Below, piece by piece: positions 14,501 through 27,300 of a stretch of 64,000 bases of DNA. A program made the position numbers and the translations under genes. The stretch's first letter is position 1, and each line of letters begins with the position of its first letter. The notes below the pieces were generated by a model. It saw only the letters and a list, made by a program, of their open reading frames with translations, was not told where the DNA came from and made no database searches. Source of the DNA: Tubulanus polymorphus (lineage: Eukaryota; Animalia; Nemertea). The stretch is from positions 19,629,101 to 19,693,100 of the forward strand of contig NC_134025.1 of the NCBI RefSeq assembly GCF_964204645.1. Reading direction: 5' to 3'.

Positions 14501-15322
14501 ACTTGTTGCAGTATGTAATATAAGGACAGTCAGCGCTTGGCTTGAAATTCATCACAATATTAAAAGAATTATTTCAGTCACTGATTTATTTTGAATACAA
14601 TCATAATGGGATCATTTCAAAATCAAAGTACAAGTTGGCCCTGTTAAAGTGACCAATATATATGTCATCAATTGGACAGAGGTGACATACATGTAATTCA
14701 TGAATGAGTATGTACATAAAGACCATTGACCAATGAATGTCTCTAGTTTGCCTGGGCCTGTCTATAGTTGCCACAATTCAATTCGGTCGCGCACACATGA
14801 AGCTTTTCTCACCAAGCAGAAGTCCATAAGGGTAGTCATTATAGGAATAATATTCACACTGCTGTGCAGCTCTTTCGCTCCACTCCTCACAAGGTAGTAC
14901 ATTTAGATTAATTTTGCAAAGTTTGAAAGCAAATATTTTGTGCATCTTTTAAAGCATTCTGTCGTTACTTGCTACAGAAATCGAGGAAGTTTTGAAATTA
15001 ATCCTAATATATTTCATAAAAACATGTCTAGTGATTTAATTAAAATAAAATTAATGTTAAGATATGTTGTTGTTAAGATTTTTCCCCATATCTAAAAAGA
15101 ATCTAACAAGTAGTTATAATATTGCATGTGTGTATAAGAGGAAAAATCTTTGAACTATTTTGCTGAATATGTGTTCAGAATATGTGACGCAAATGATTTT
15201 ATCCATAGAAAGTGATCCATTTTATGTGCTCATTCTTTTTAACTCAATTCCATAGAAGTTATTATTATCTAATTCATGCATTTTATTACTTAAATCAATG
15301 GAAATACTTTCTTCTATTGTAG

Positions 15323-15412
15323 AATACAAAAACGTGGACAACATTGCCTGGCTCAAAATTTGATTCATCCCTTGGTTCTGGAAGATCACTCGACGAAATG
15401 CTACTTTCAAAG
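15323..15412 (+). CDS. Coding exon 4 of AHNAK/periaxin-like gene (not in ORF track)
   Basis: ttctattgtag| acceptor, AAG|GTGAGA donor, 90 nt open, phase 0-0; encodes NTKTWTTLPGSKFDSSLGSGRSLDEMLLSK. Confidence 0.7.
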
Positions 15413-18365
15413 GTGAGAATATAATCTACTGGCTGAAATCAGCATGTTTGCAACTCGGAGCTAAATGTTGCCAGGATTATCATACAGAATTTGTTTAGTA
15501 TATCATTTTCTACAATTAGTTCTATTCAATTATATTTATAGATAAAGCCACTTTTATCTGATAACATTTATCCAATTTGATGAGAGAGCTTTATGTTTAA
15601 TTATGCTCAAATCCTTTCCACTTTTATCTGCTCTGGCAATACTTAGTGACTCAATGCACTACACACTTTTTGCATGAAAAACAAACTTCATGAAATAAAC
15701 ATAGATTTGACCTTCAATTTGAACTATCAAACCATCATATAATTAGAAGTTTATTTCTTGTCGTAAACAAGTCACCCGGCTGAATAGTTTAGACTTGTTA
15801 GTGCACAGTGTCAGTGCACACCCATGTTCATGAACTTTATTCACACTCCACCCAAACATGAATATCTCTTGAAAAGTTGATGTTGTCAACAAAAGTTTTA
15901 TGAATGCCTATCTCTCTGTCTTATATCTGTGTCTATGTGGGTATTTCATGCCGTCATAAGGTAATATAATAGGCCGTGTAAAATGATATCGATCCCATGA
16001 CATATTGCGGTGTATTGAATTATCATCACTTCAGACCTCCATGTTTCCACCATCAATTACTTAAAAAGTCTCAAAAAAATTTAGAATTAGAAAAAAGAAT
16101 AGTATAGTCAACATATTAGAAAATGTTCAACTATTCAGTGGGATTTCATACATTTAATGTGTGTCTGTGTTATCAAATGTGGTTATCTTAAAACAAGGTT
16201 CAGTAATGAAAATCCCCTTGAAGCTTACACTTAATTAGTAACTTCATCAAGTGTAATGAAAGGCATATATGGCATCTAATACGTTTTTCAGTGGTCAATT
16301 CAAACTAACAATTCATATGTTGTTCAAAACCCAATAACAAAAGGTTAAGCTAGGTGCACCTTCTATGTAGTTATTTGAGTAAGAGAATTTATGGCCGCTC
16401 ATGCATTATCTGTTGCCTAGAGGACAAGGCTGGCCTAATTATGTTGTTGGACTTTGGAGACGTGACAAACTAGATAACAAAATGACCATATTTGGGTTTA
16501 GTTTCATGACAAATTTTAATCAAAGAAATATCAAACTAGATGATTATTGAGTGATAGCATCATTAAATCAATTTAACATTATTTCCATATCATACATAGT
16601 TCTATATCAGTTAAATATACGATACTTGAACAATACTTTAACAAGCCTAGCACATGGAGTAAGAAAATCCTCAAAACAAAAAACAGATTTTGTGCTTGTT
16701 TTTGTGTTTCGATATATAAAGGATTGCACCTTAAAATCTAGGATAATTCTGAATAAGAGAGTTAATTTCATTCATTTCCACAAAGATGAGCTGTATTTTT
16801 TACCATAATGAGATTTTTACGACATTGATAGTGCTAATTGATAACAATTAATTATGCCCAAATGTTCAGATATGCAAAATTATCAAGTGTCAACCATCGA
16901 ATAACCACTTTCGGAGTCTAACTTGAATTGTGTACCACATACATTCTGCATAACTGAGTGAATATAAAACCTTGTAAAACAGCAATTATTAAGTTATATC
17001 AGAGTAGTTATTTTGGCACTTTCCAACAGTGAAAGGTCGTAGAGTATATCAGTCAGTTTTCTGGTTATTTCGGGGGTGGTAACGGTAATCTCATAGCCGC
17101 AGCTCACTTTCAGGATACTGCGCTGATCATGGTTAAACCATATATCTTCAAGATGACGTATACCCGGTACACACTTGGATCTTCTATATCTTGTGACATT
17201 ATGACAGTGAAAATAATACTTCAGAATAAATTATATTTAGGCGGAGATCATTCTTGATAAAAGATATCTGCAATGATTTATGAACATTTGTGCCAATTTC
17301 TGCGCATCAATGTTTTTGTTGATTTCAACACTGCAAACATACAAATTAATCAAAAACAAACTTAATGGAAGAAAATGATTAGGAATATTTCTTGAAATGA
17401 CTAGCTGTTAGGAAACTGACAAAATTTTCATTTGAGATTTGAGAGGTTTTGAGGCAAACTGTTTGACAATTTCTGAAAAGGTTATCATAGGTCAATTTTA
17501 TGAAATTCAAGGGTTATACTACTGCTTATAATATGAAGAAGGTACCATGGTTCTCATCACATTTAAAAAAAGCCCATCTAAAAACTCAAATCAACTGAAT
17601 AGCAATAGAAATGAAATTCACCCTCCCTCCCTGTGGCTGTAATGAATATTAAAAAGACGACTCCGATAGTATCTGATTTTCCGAAAGTGCCCGTAACACG
17701 TCATTTGCCTGTATCCATGATTCTATCGATGGCCATCACAGCGTGTTTAATTCAGGTACCCAAATTTCTGATGAAATTGTGAAAAGTTTTGAGGGGACAT
17801 AATGGCATACCTGTCAGCGAGTGGTTTTTATCGGTTTTACTCGGCAATGTAGAGCTGTCTCCATATGTTCGCAGTGCCCGCGGTTTAGAGGGGTCGGTTA
17901 GCTATTATCACTGCAGAGTTTGAAATAGAAATTAGACCAGATTTTATTTCTTGATGGATTTCATGTATTGATGAACGGGTGACAATATGAAAAAAAAAAA
18001 TCCTGTACATGGCGTATGTAGTAGAACAAAAAGTTTAATGAGAAACTTGTTTTCATTTACAAAAAACTGACCATCTCCTTATGCATCCACTACTAGTCAA
18101 TTATAAATATGTCTACGACCATATAGACCTTGCGGTCCTCTTTTTTTTTTAAGTTTGCACCACACTTTGATGCCTTTTTATACATGTATCCATCTAAACT
18201 CACCTGTAGTCGAAAATTAACCAAAATCAAATCTGACTGGCAGCAAGCTTTTTATTGCAATAATGAACATTCTTCTAATTTCAGTAAGGATTCCCCAGAC
18301 CTATGTTTCCCAATATTATGAGGAGATTCTGAAAATTAACAAATTATGTCGTTTTTATTTTATAG

Positions 18366-18510
18366 AAACATGATCATGTGAAAGTTAATCTACAAGGCCA
18401 AGATATAATTGGCCTTGGATTTGATATACAAGGAAATATGAGAGATGGCATTTTTGTAAAAAATGTCAATAAAAAAGGACCAGCTGCCGATTCTGGGCAC
18501 ATCAAAGCAG
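18366..18510 (+). CDS. Coding exon 5: N-terminal half of PDZ domain
   Basis: ttttatag| acceptor, G|GTAAAT donor, phase 0-1; KHDHVKVNLQGQDIIGLGFDIQGNMRDGIFVKNVNKKGPAADSGHIKAG contains the GLGF loop. Confidence 0.9.
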
Positions 18511-18753
18511 GTAAATGTATTATATTCTATGTGAATTATATTCTAGATTATTGTCCCCTCACTTCATTTCCTTTATGATGATTTCTTACATTCATTCTTT
18601 GTTCCATTTCACCTAAGGATGACCACAACTCACATTTATCCAATTTGTTATAACCTAGATATTAGTTTTAAACTTCAAATCCTGAACTTATGTAAATCAC
18701 TCAAATAAGTCGTCTGATATTATGATCATAAATGTTGTCATCTAATGTTTCAG

Positions 18754-19152
18754 GAGACAGAATAAACAAGGTTACCATTGACTTAAAAAATGTAGTATTT
18801 GAGGATGCATTGACAATTCTGAGCTACGCATCTCCTTATCCGGTTGAACTAGAACTTGAAAAATCATCTGATATTATGATACCTAGTGCAAAACTATCTG
18901 GAGATATTCACCTCAGGCATCCAATATTTCGAAGTCAGTCAATGGATGACATCAAATCAGTCGGTAGACTCCATGATCTTGATGCGGGAGATGTAAAATT
19001 AAACTTCAGAGGAGGAAATTCAAGACACCCTAATTGGCAATTTAATTTTTCACCTGGTGATATAAGTGCAGATTCAGATTTGGACATCAATTTAAGAGGA
19101 AAAAAATCTAAAACTGGGAAAGGCACATTCAGTTTCCCTAAAGTTGGGCTTG
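18754..19152 (+). CDS. Coding exon 6: C-terminal half of periaxin/AHNAK-type PDZ domain plus linker
   Basis: tttcag| acceptor, G|GTAAGT donor, phase 1-1; GDRINKVTIDLKNVVFEDALTILSYASPYPVELELEK resembles the periaxin/AHNAK2 PDZ signature (EDAL..L..A.PY.V). Confidence 0.9.
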
Positions 19153-19524
19153 GTAAGTACTTATCCTCTTATCCTGTGTATGAAAAATAAGTAAATACTG
19201 ATTTTAGGCTTTGAATTGCACTATCTGGTCTAAATATTTAATCTCTCTGCATTACATATTATAATTTCCATAATAGCCCGCTTCAGTCCAATGCACACAG
19301 CAAAACCTTTGTTTCATCAAAACACAGAACACATTTTTTCCTCAAAACGTTTTGAGTAAAAGTTTTACTCGCAAATGATAAAACGTTCAATGACACTGCA
19401 TTATGAGAACGCGTTGTAAAAAGTTTTTGCACCATGGAAACAAACTGTTTTCTGTTCTGTTTTCAGTCTCAACACCTCAAAAATATTTCATTAAGAAAAA
19501 ACTTGTTTCCTTGCCATGTGCATT

Positions 19525-19930
19525 GGGTTTTAGGGCAAAGTTTAGCACTCTTGCATTCACCTTTGATCCATTATCTGTCTATCCATCCTTCTGCCTGTAA
19601 AAAGAATAAGTTTTATTGGGAAGTTTTCAAAACAGTTTGATGTATGGGCTTGATATTTGGTTTAAGTATGTATCTATCCTAGGCATATCTACACCCCGAA
19701 ATTCGCTCGGTTGGTGGTGACCATTGTTTTTCAGCATTTTTGCGCATTGTTAGCCCATTCAGGACTTAAGTCCCAGTGGTCTTGAGGTTTGGTATACATA
19801 CGTATCCCCCTAGGGCCTCGCATCACAAGAGAAATTACGATCGATCGTCTGTTGTGTTTTTTTTTTTTACAAAAAAAGGTAATTTTAGGCTTGAATTCGT
19901 AGGCCTCTTGCTCCTTCATGGCTTATGTCA
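19525..19930 (+). mobile_element. Diverged HINE-like fragment
   Basis: T-run start, tatc/tcca microsatellite-like stretch, and segments similar to 9070-9400 (tatctatcctaggcatatct, cccctagggcctcgcatcacaaga). Confidence 0.45.
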
Positions 19931-21397
19931 TATAAAATTGAAATTAGAGATTAGGGTTGAATATTAAGTTTTTGGATGAATCAGTTTCGCTGCAGCCAGG
20001 GGCCATCTTTGTTTCATCAGATTTGTTCATATCTGGAGAATGGTTTTTGATGAAAATATCAACATGTTTTAAAGGGCATAGGCCTAGGCCATCTAAATAG
20101 AATGTTGTGTAAAGTCATTTTCAATTGTGATGTATTCACAGAATATCATGCTACTTGGTTCAAATTTTATTGTAGCCATTACTGAGAAATATGACTTTTA
20201 ATGCCAGTTATGACATCAGGTTAGAATCCAAGCAATGCAGTATTTCAATTTTGTATAACTTCCTTCATTTCACTGTCCTCCTCGATTTGAACCTGATGGC
20301 ATGGAGATTTGCTAAAGTATGAAACCCTGCCACACTAGCCGGAGTGAGTAGCTTAGATGATGTCATTATTAGCCAATCAGATATCCCGTTTTCTTATCAC
20401 TTGATGTGTGGATTTTAAAGACATTGGGAAAATGAACTTTACTGTTTTTGATGTATGTAGGTCATCCAAGATGGCCGCCACAGTTATTAGGATCAATTGT
20501 GTTGATCCTTATAGCATGGTCCTGAGAGTAACTTCCTGTCAAAAAACTGGATGTCCATATGCGATTATTCATGCCTGCACAAGTTCGTCTCTGTCCAACA
20601 CAAAAACCAAACTTTTCAAAACTGCAAATATTCTCAACCTGTGGACTGGACTGTAGCTATGCATATTTTGTGATCGTAATCAATAGCAAAATTCAACTCA
20701 AATATACTACAGTGCAGCAATTATCATATGTTGTAACGACAATCATGTTTTTTGCATGAACAGCATTCAATAGGTTTCAAGGTCGTTGCTTTCTGTGTAA
20801 TTACTCCGTGGGGAATGGAATGTCGAAAGTGAGCTTGGTCTCCCTGGACCACTAGTTGACCAGTTAGCACTCAATAATTTCACAATGTAGTGTCTATTAC
20901 TCCTCAGAAAATTCAGAGGAAAATATAAGTAGATAGTCAAGGCTTTCATTTAATATAGAATTGATGAGGTGGGCCACCATAATTGTGACCTTTTGCCCCC
21001 AAATTTATCCTGACCTACTTGGATCAAACTAGATTGCTTGTTACTGTCTTGTTCATACCCCAAATACTCTGGAATTTCAAATCGGAAGATGTTGATTTCT
21101 GTACAGAAAAAACATTTTGTATCAAAAACATTTTGTATCAAAAACATTTTGTATCAATACATGGGTTAGTTAACCTAGATTTTAGAACACATTTAGATTG
21201 TTAAAGAGCATAATTTACATAGTTAGATAATGAAAAACTGAAAGCTGAGTTATCTTGATTAACCAAAATCTAAAGTCAAAGAATAAGGAAAAATTACTAG
21301 ATATGATTCATTATAAAATTCATTAACTATATGGAGCAGAAACGAATTAATTTCATTATTAACATTTAGAGAGTAAAAGCAAGAATTCCTCTTTCAG

Positions 21398-24300
21398 ATA
21401 CTGATGTCAGGTCAAAAGGAAGAATTGGAATTGAATCTTGTGATAGTATTACTAATAACATCAATGCTAATGGCATAGATGTTGAGGTACCAGATATTGA
21501 AGTAGAAATGTCACATACAGTCAGTGGTAAGTGTGATAAACCAGAAATGGATGGTGGGATGAAAATGAAGAAACCAAAAGTCAAAGGAATTAAAATGCCT
21601 GAGGTAGCAGGAATGTGTGGTGGAAAAATGCCTAAAGGTAGCATTGATGTGAATATGCCAGATATAAAGTTCAAAAAACCTAAGGGAGAAATCAACATTG
21701 ATTGTCCAGATATGAACAACCAAGGGCCAAAAGGTGGTTTTGGTGCTGATGTAAACTTAGCAAAAGGCGATATTGATTTACCATCCCCAGATGTAGATAT
21801 TTCTGGTCCAGATGCTGATATCAAGTTGAAAAAACCTAAATCAAAAGGATTTGGACTTCATCTACCAGATTTCCACATGCCTAAATTTGGTGGAAAGAAA
21901 CCGAAAGGTGGAATCGATGTTGATGCCCCCGAAGTAGATGTTAACATAAGTGGTGACATGGGTGGTCCTGACGTTGATTTGAAAGGTAAAAAGAAAGACT
22001 TTGGTATTAACCTCCCTGATTTCGATATCAACTTACCTAAATTTGGAGGCAAAAAACCAAAAGGTGACATTGATTTAGAAGGTACCGATGTTGACATTGA
22101 AACTAAATTGCCAGATGCAGACATAGAAATGAAAGGCCCCAACATTGACGGTGATGTGAGTGGAGGAATAGATATAGATGGTCCAGAAATGGATCTTAGG
22201 AGCAAGAAGAAAGGAGGGTTCAATATAGACTTTCCAGATTTCGATATAGATTTACCAAAATTTGGCGGTAAAAAGCCAAAAGGTAATTTGAACGCCGATG
22301 GACCAGATGTAGATATCGATGCCAAGATACCAAAGGGAGATATTGATATAGAAGGTCCTGATGTTGATGTACATGGAAAGAAGAAAGGTGGTTTCGACAT
22401 CAATCTGCCAGATTTCGACATAAACTGGCCAAAATTTGGAGGAAAGAAACCTAAAGGGAAACTCGATATTGAAGGCCCTGAACTGGATGTCAATGGACCC
22501 AAAGGAAGCGTTGATATAGATACACCCGATGTTGATGTTAACTTACCAAAGGGTGAAATCAGTGGTAACTTACCGGATGTTGACATAGAAATGCCTCAAG
22601 GACAACTTGACATTGACGTGAATAAGCCAGATGTTGACATTTCTGGGCCTGATGTAGGACTTAAGTTGAAGAAACCCAAAGGAAAAGGAATGAAAATGCC
22701 TGAAATTGGAGGAATGTGTGGTGGTAAGATGCCTAAAGGTGGCATTGATGTCAATATGCCAGATGTGAAGTTCAAAAAACCTAAGGGAGAAATCGACATT
22801 GACGGACCTGAAGGAGGGTTCGATGCTGATGTTAACCTACCAAAAGGCGATATTGATTTACCATCCCCAGATGTAGATGTTTCTGGTCCAGATGCTGATA
22901 TCAAGTTGAAAAAACCTAAATCAAAAGGATTTGGACTTCATCTACCAGATTTTCACATGCCTAAATTTGGTGGAAAGAAACCGAAAGGTGGAATCGATGT
23001 TGATGCCCCTGAAGTAGATGTTAACATAAGTGGTGACATAGAAGGTCCTGACGTCGATTTGAAAGGTAAAAAGACAGACTTTGGTATTAACCTCCCTGAT
23101 TTCGATATCAACTTACCTAAATTTGGTGGCAAAAAACCAAAAGGTGGCATTGATTTGGAAGGTCCTGATGTCGACATCGATGCTAAATTGCCAGATGCAG
23201 ACATAGAAATGAAAGGCCCCAACATTGACGCTGATGTTAGTGGAGGAATAGATATAGATGGTCCAGATATGGATCTTAAGAGCAAGAAGAAAGGGGGGTT
23301 CAATATAGACTTTCCAGATTTCGATATAAATTTACCAAAATTTGGCGGTAAAAAGCCAAAAGGTAATTTGAACGCCGATGGACCAGATGTAGATATCGAT
23401 GCCAAGTTACCGAAAGGAGATATTGATATAGAAGGTCCTGATGTTGATGTACACGGAAAGAAGAAAGGTGGTTTCGACATCAATCTGCCAGATTTCGACA
23501 TAAACTGGCCAAAATTTGGAGGTAAGAAACCTAAAGGGAAACTCGATATTGAAGGCCCTGAACTGGATGTCAATGGACCCAAAGGAAGCGTTGATATAGA
23601 TACACCCGATGTTGATGTTAACTTACCAAAGGGTGAAATCAGTGGTAACTTACCGGATGTTGACATAGAAATGCCTCAAGGACAACTTGACATTGACGTG
23701 AATAAGCCAGATGTTGACATTTCTGGGCCTGATGTAGGACTTAAGTTGAAGAAACCCAAAGGAAAAGGAATGAAAATGCCTGAAATTGGAGGAATGTGTG
23801 GTGGTAAGATGCCTAAAGGTGGCATTGATGTCAATATGCCAGATGTGAAGTTCAAAAAACCTAAGGGAGAAATCGACATTGACGGACCTGAAGGAGGGTT
23901 CGATGCTGATGTTAACCTACCAAAAGGCGATATTGATTTACCATCCCCAGATGTAGATGTTTCTGGTCCAGATGCTGATATCAAGTTGAAAAAACCTAAA
24001 TCAAAAGGATTTGGACTTCATCTACCAGATTTTCACATGCCTAAATTTGGTGGAAAGAAACCGAAAGGTGGAATCGATGTTGATGCCCCTGAAGTAGATG
24101 TTAACATAAGTGGTGACATAGAAGGTCCTGACGTCGATTTGAAAGGTAAAAAGACAGACTTTGGTATTAACCTCCCTGATTTCGATATCAACTTACCTAA
24201 ATTTGGTGGCAAAAAACCAAAAGGTGGCATTGATTTGGAAGGTCCTGATGTCGACATCAATGCTAAATTGCCAGATGCAGACATAGAAATGAAAGGCCCC

Positions 24301-27300
24301 AACATTGACGCTGATGTTAGTGGAGGAATAGATATAGATGGTCCAGATATGGATCTTAAGAGCAAGAAGAAAGGAGGGTTCAATATAGACTTTCCAGATT
24401 TCGATATAAATTTACCAAAATTTGGCGGTAAAAAGCCAAAAGGTAATTTGAACGCCGATGGACCAGATGTAGATATCGATGCCAAGTTACCGAAAGGAGA
24501 TATTGATATAGAAGGTCCTGATGTTGATGTACACGGAAAGAAGAAAGGTGGTTTCGACATCAATCTGCCAGATTTCGACATAAACTGGCCAAAATTTGGA
24601 GGTAAGAAACCTAAAGGGAAACTCGATATTGAAGGCCCTGAACTGGATGTCAATGGACCCAAAGGAAGCGTTGATATAGATACACCCGATATTGATGTTA
24701 ACTTACCAAAGGGTGAAATCAGTGGTAACTTACCGGATGTTGACATAGAAATGCCTCAAGGACAACTTGACATTGACGTGAATAAGCCAGATGTTGACAT
24801 TTCTGGGCCTGATGTAGGACTTAAGTTGAAGAAACCCAAAGGAAAAGGAATGAAAATGCCTGAAATTGGAGGAATGTGTGGTGGTAAGATGCCTAAAGGT
24901 GGCATTGATGTCAATATGCCAGATGTGAAGTTCAAAAAACCTAAGGGAGAAATCGACATTGACGGACCTGAAGGAGGGTTCGATGCTGATGTTAACCTAC
25001 CAAAAGGCGATATTGATTTACCATCCCCAGATGTAGATGTTTCTGGTCCAGATGCTGATATCAAGTTGAAAAAACCTAAATCAAAAGGATTTGGACTTCA
25101 TCTACCAGATTTTCACATGCCTAAATTTGGTGGAAAGAAACCGAAAGGTGGAATCGATGTTGATGCCCCTGAAGTAGATGTTAACCTAAGTGGTGACATA
25201 GAAGGTCCTGACGTCGATTTGAAAGGTAAAAAGACAGACTTTGGTATTAACCTCCCTGATTTCGATATCAACTTACCTAAATTTGGTGGCAAAAAACCAA
25301 AAGGTGGCATTGATTTGGAAGGTCCTGATGTCGACATCAATGCTAAATTGCCAGATGCAGACATAGAAATGAAAGGCCCCAACATTGACGCTGATGTTAG
25401 TGGAGGAATAGATATAGATGGTCCAGATATGGATCTTAAGAGCAAGAAGAAAGGAGGGTTCAATATAGACTTTCCAGATTTCGATATAAATTTACCAAAA
25501 TTTGGCGGTAAAAAGCCAAAAGGTAATTTGAACGCCGATGGACCAGATGTAGATATCGATGCCAAGTTACCGAAAGGAGATATTGATATAGAAGGTCCTG
25601 ATGTTGATGTACACGGAAAGAAGAAAGGTGGTTTCGACATCAATCTGCCAGATTTCGACATAAACTGGCCAAAATTCGGAGGTAAGAAACCTAAAGGGAA
25701 ACTCGATATTGAAGGCCCTGAACTGGATGTCAATGGACCCAAAGGAAGCGTTGATATAGATACACCCGATGTTGATGTTAACTTACCAAAGGGTGAAATC
25801 AGTGGTAACTTACCGGATGTTGACATAGAAATGCCTCAAGGACAACTTGACATTGACGTGAATAAGCCAGATGTTGACATTTCTGGGCCTGATGTAGGAC
25901 TTAAGTTGAAGAAACCCAAAGGAAAAGGAATGAAAATGCCTGAAATTGGAGGAATGTGTGGTGGTAAGATGCCTAAAGGTGGCATTGATGTCAATATGCC
26001 AGATGTGAAGTTCAAAAAACCTAAGGGAGAAATCGACATTGACGGACCTGAAGGAGGGTTCGATGCTGATGTTAACCTACCAAAAGGCGATATTGATTTA
26101 CCATCCCCAGATGTAGATGTTTCTGGTCCAGATGCTGATATCAAGTTGAAAAAACCTAAATCAAAAGGATTTGGACTTCATCTACCAGATTTTCACATGC
26201 CTAAATTTGGTGGAAAGAAACCGAAAGGTGGAATCGATGTTGATGCCCCTGAAGTAGATGTTAACATAAGTGGTGACATAGAAGGTCCTGACGTCGATTT
26301 GAAAGGTAAAAAGACAGACTTTGGTATTAACCTCCCTGATTTCGATATCAACTTACCTAAATTTGGTGGCAAAAAACCAAAAGGTGGCATTGATTTGGAA
26401 GGTCCTGATGTCGACATCAATGCTAAATTGCCAGATGCAGACATAGAAATGAAAGGCCCCAACATTGACGCTGATGTTAGTGGAGGAATAGATATAGATG
26501 GTCCAGATATGGATCTTAAGAGCAAGAAGAAAGGAGGGTTCAATATAGACTTTCCAGATTTCGATATAAATTTACCAAAATTTGGCGGTAAAAAGCCAAA
26601 AGGTAATTTGAACGCCGATGGACCAGATGTAGATATCGATGCCAAGTTACCGAAAGGAGATATTGATATAGAAGGTCCTGATGTTGATGTACACGGAAAG
26701 AAGAAAGGTGGTTTCGACATCAATCTGCCAGATTTCGACATAAACTGGCCAAAATTTGGAGGTAAGAAACCTAAAGGGAAACTCGATATTGAAGGCCCTG
26801 AACTGGATGTCAATGGACCCAAAGGAAGCGTTGATATAGATACACCCGATATTGATGTTAACTTACCAAAGGGTGAAATCAGTGGTAACTTACCGGATGT
26901 TGACATAGAAATGCCTCAAGGACAACTTGACATTGACGTGAATAAGCCAGATGTTGACATTTCTGGGCCTGATGTAGGACTTAAGTTGAAGAAACCCAAA
27001 GGAAAAGGAATGAAAATGCCTGAAATTGGAGGAATGTGTGGTGGTAAGATGCCTAAAGGTGGCATTGATGTCAATATGCCAGATGTGAAGTTCAAAAAAC
27101 CTAAGGGAGAAATCGACATTGACGGACCTGAAGGAGGGTTCGATGCTGATGTTAACCTACCAAAAGGCGATATTGATTTACCATCCCCAGATGTAGATGT
27201 TTCTGGTCCAGATGCTGATATCAAGTTGAAAAAACCTAAATCAAAAGGATTTGGACTTCATCTACCAGATTTTCACATGCCTAAATTTGGTGGAAAGAAA

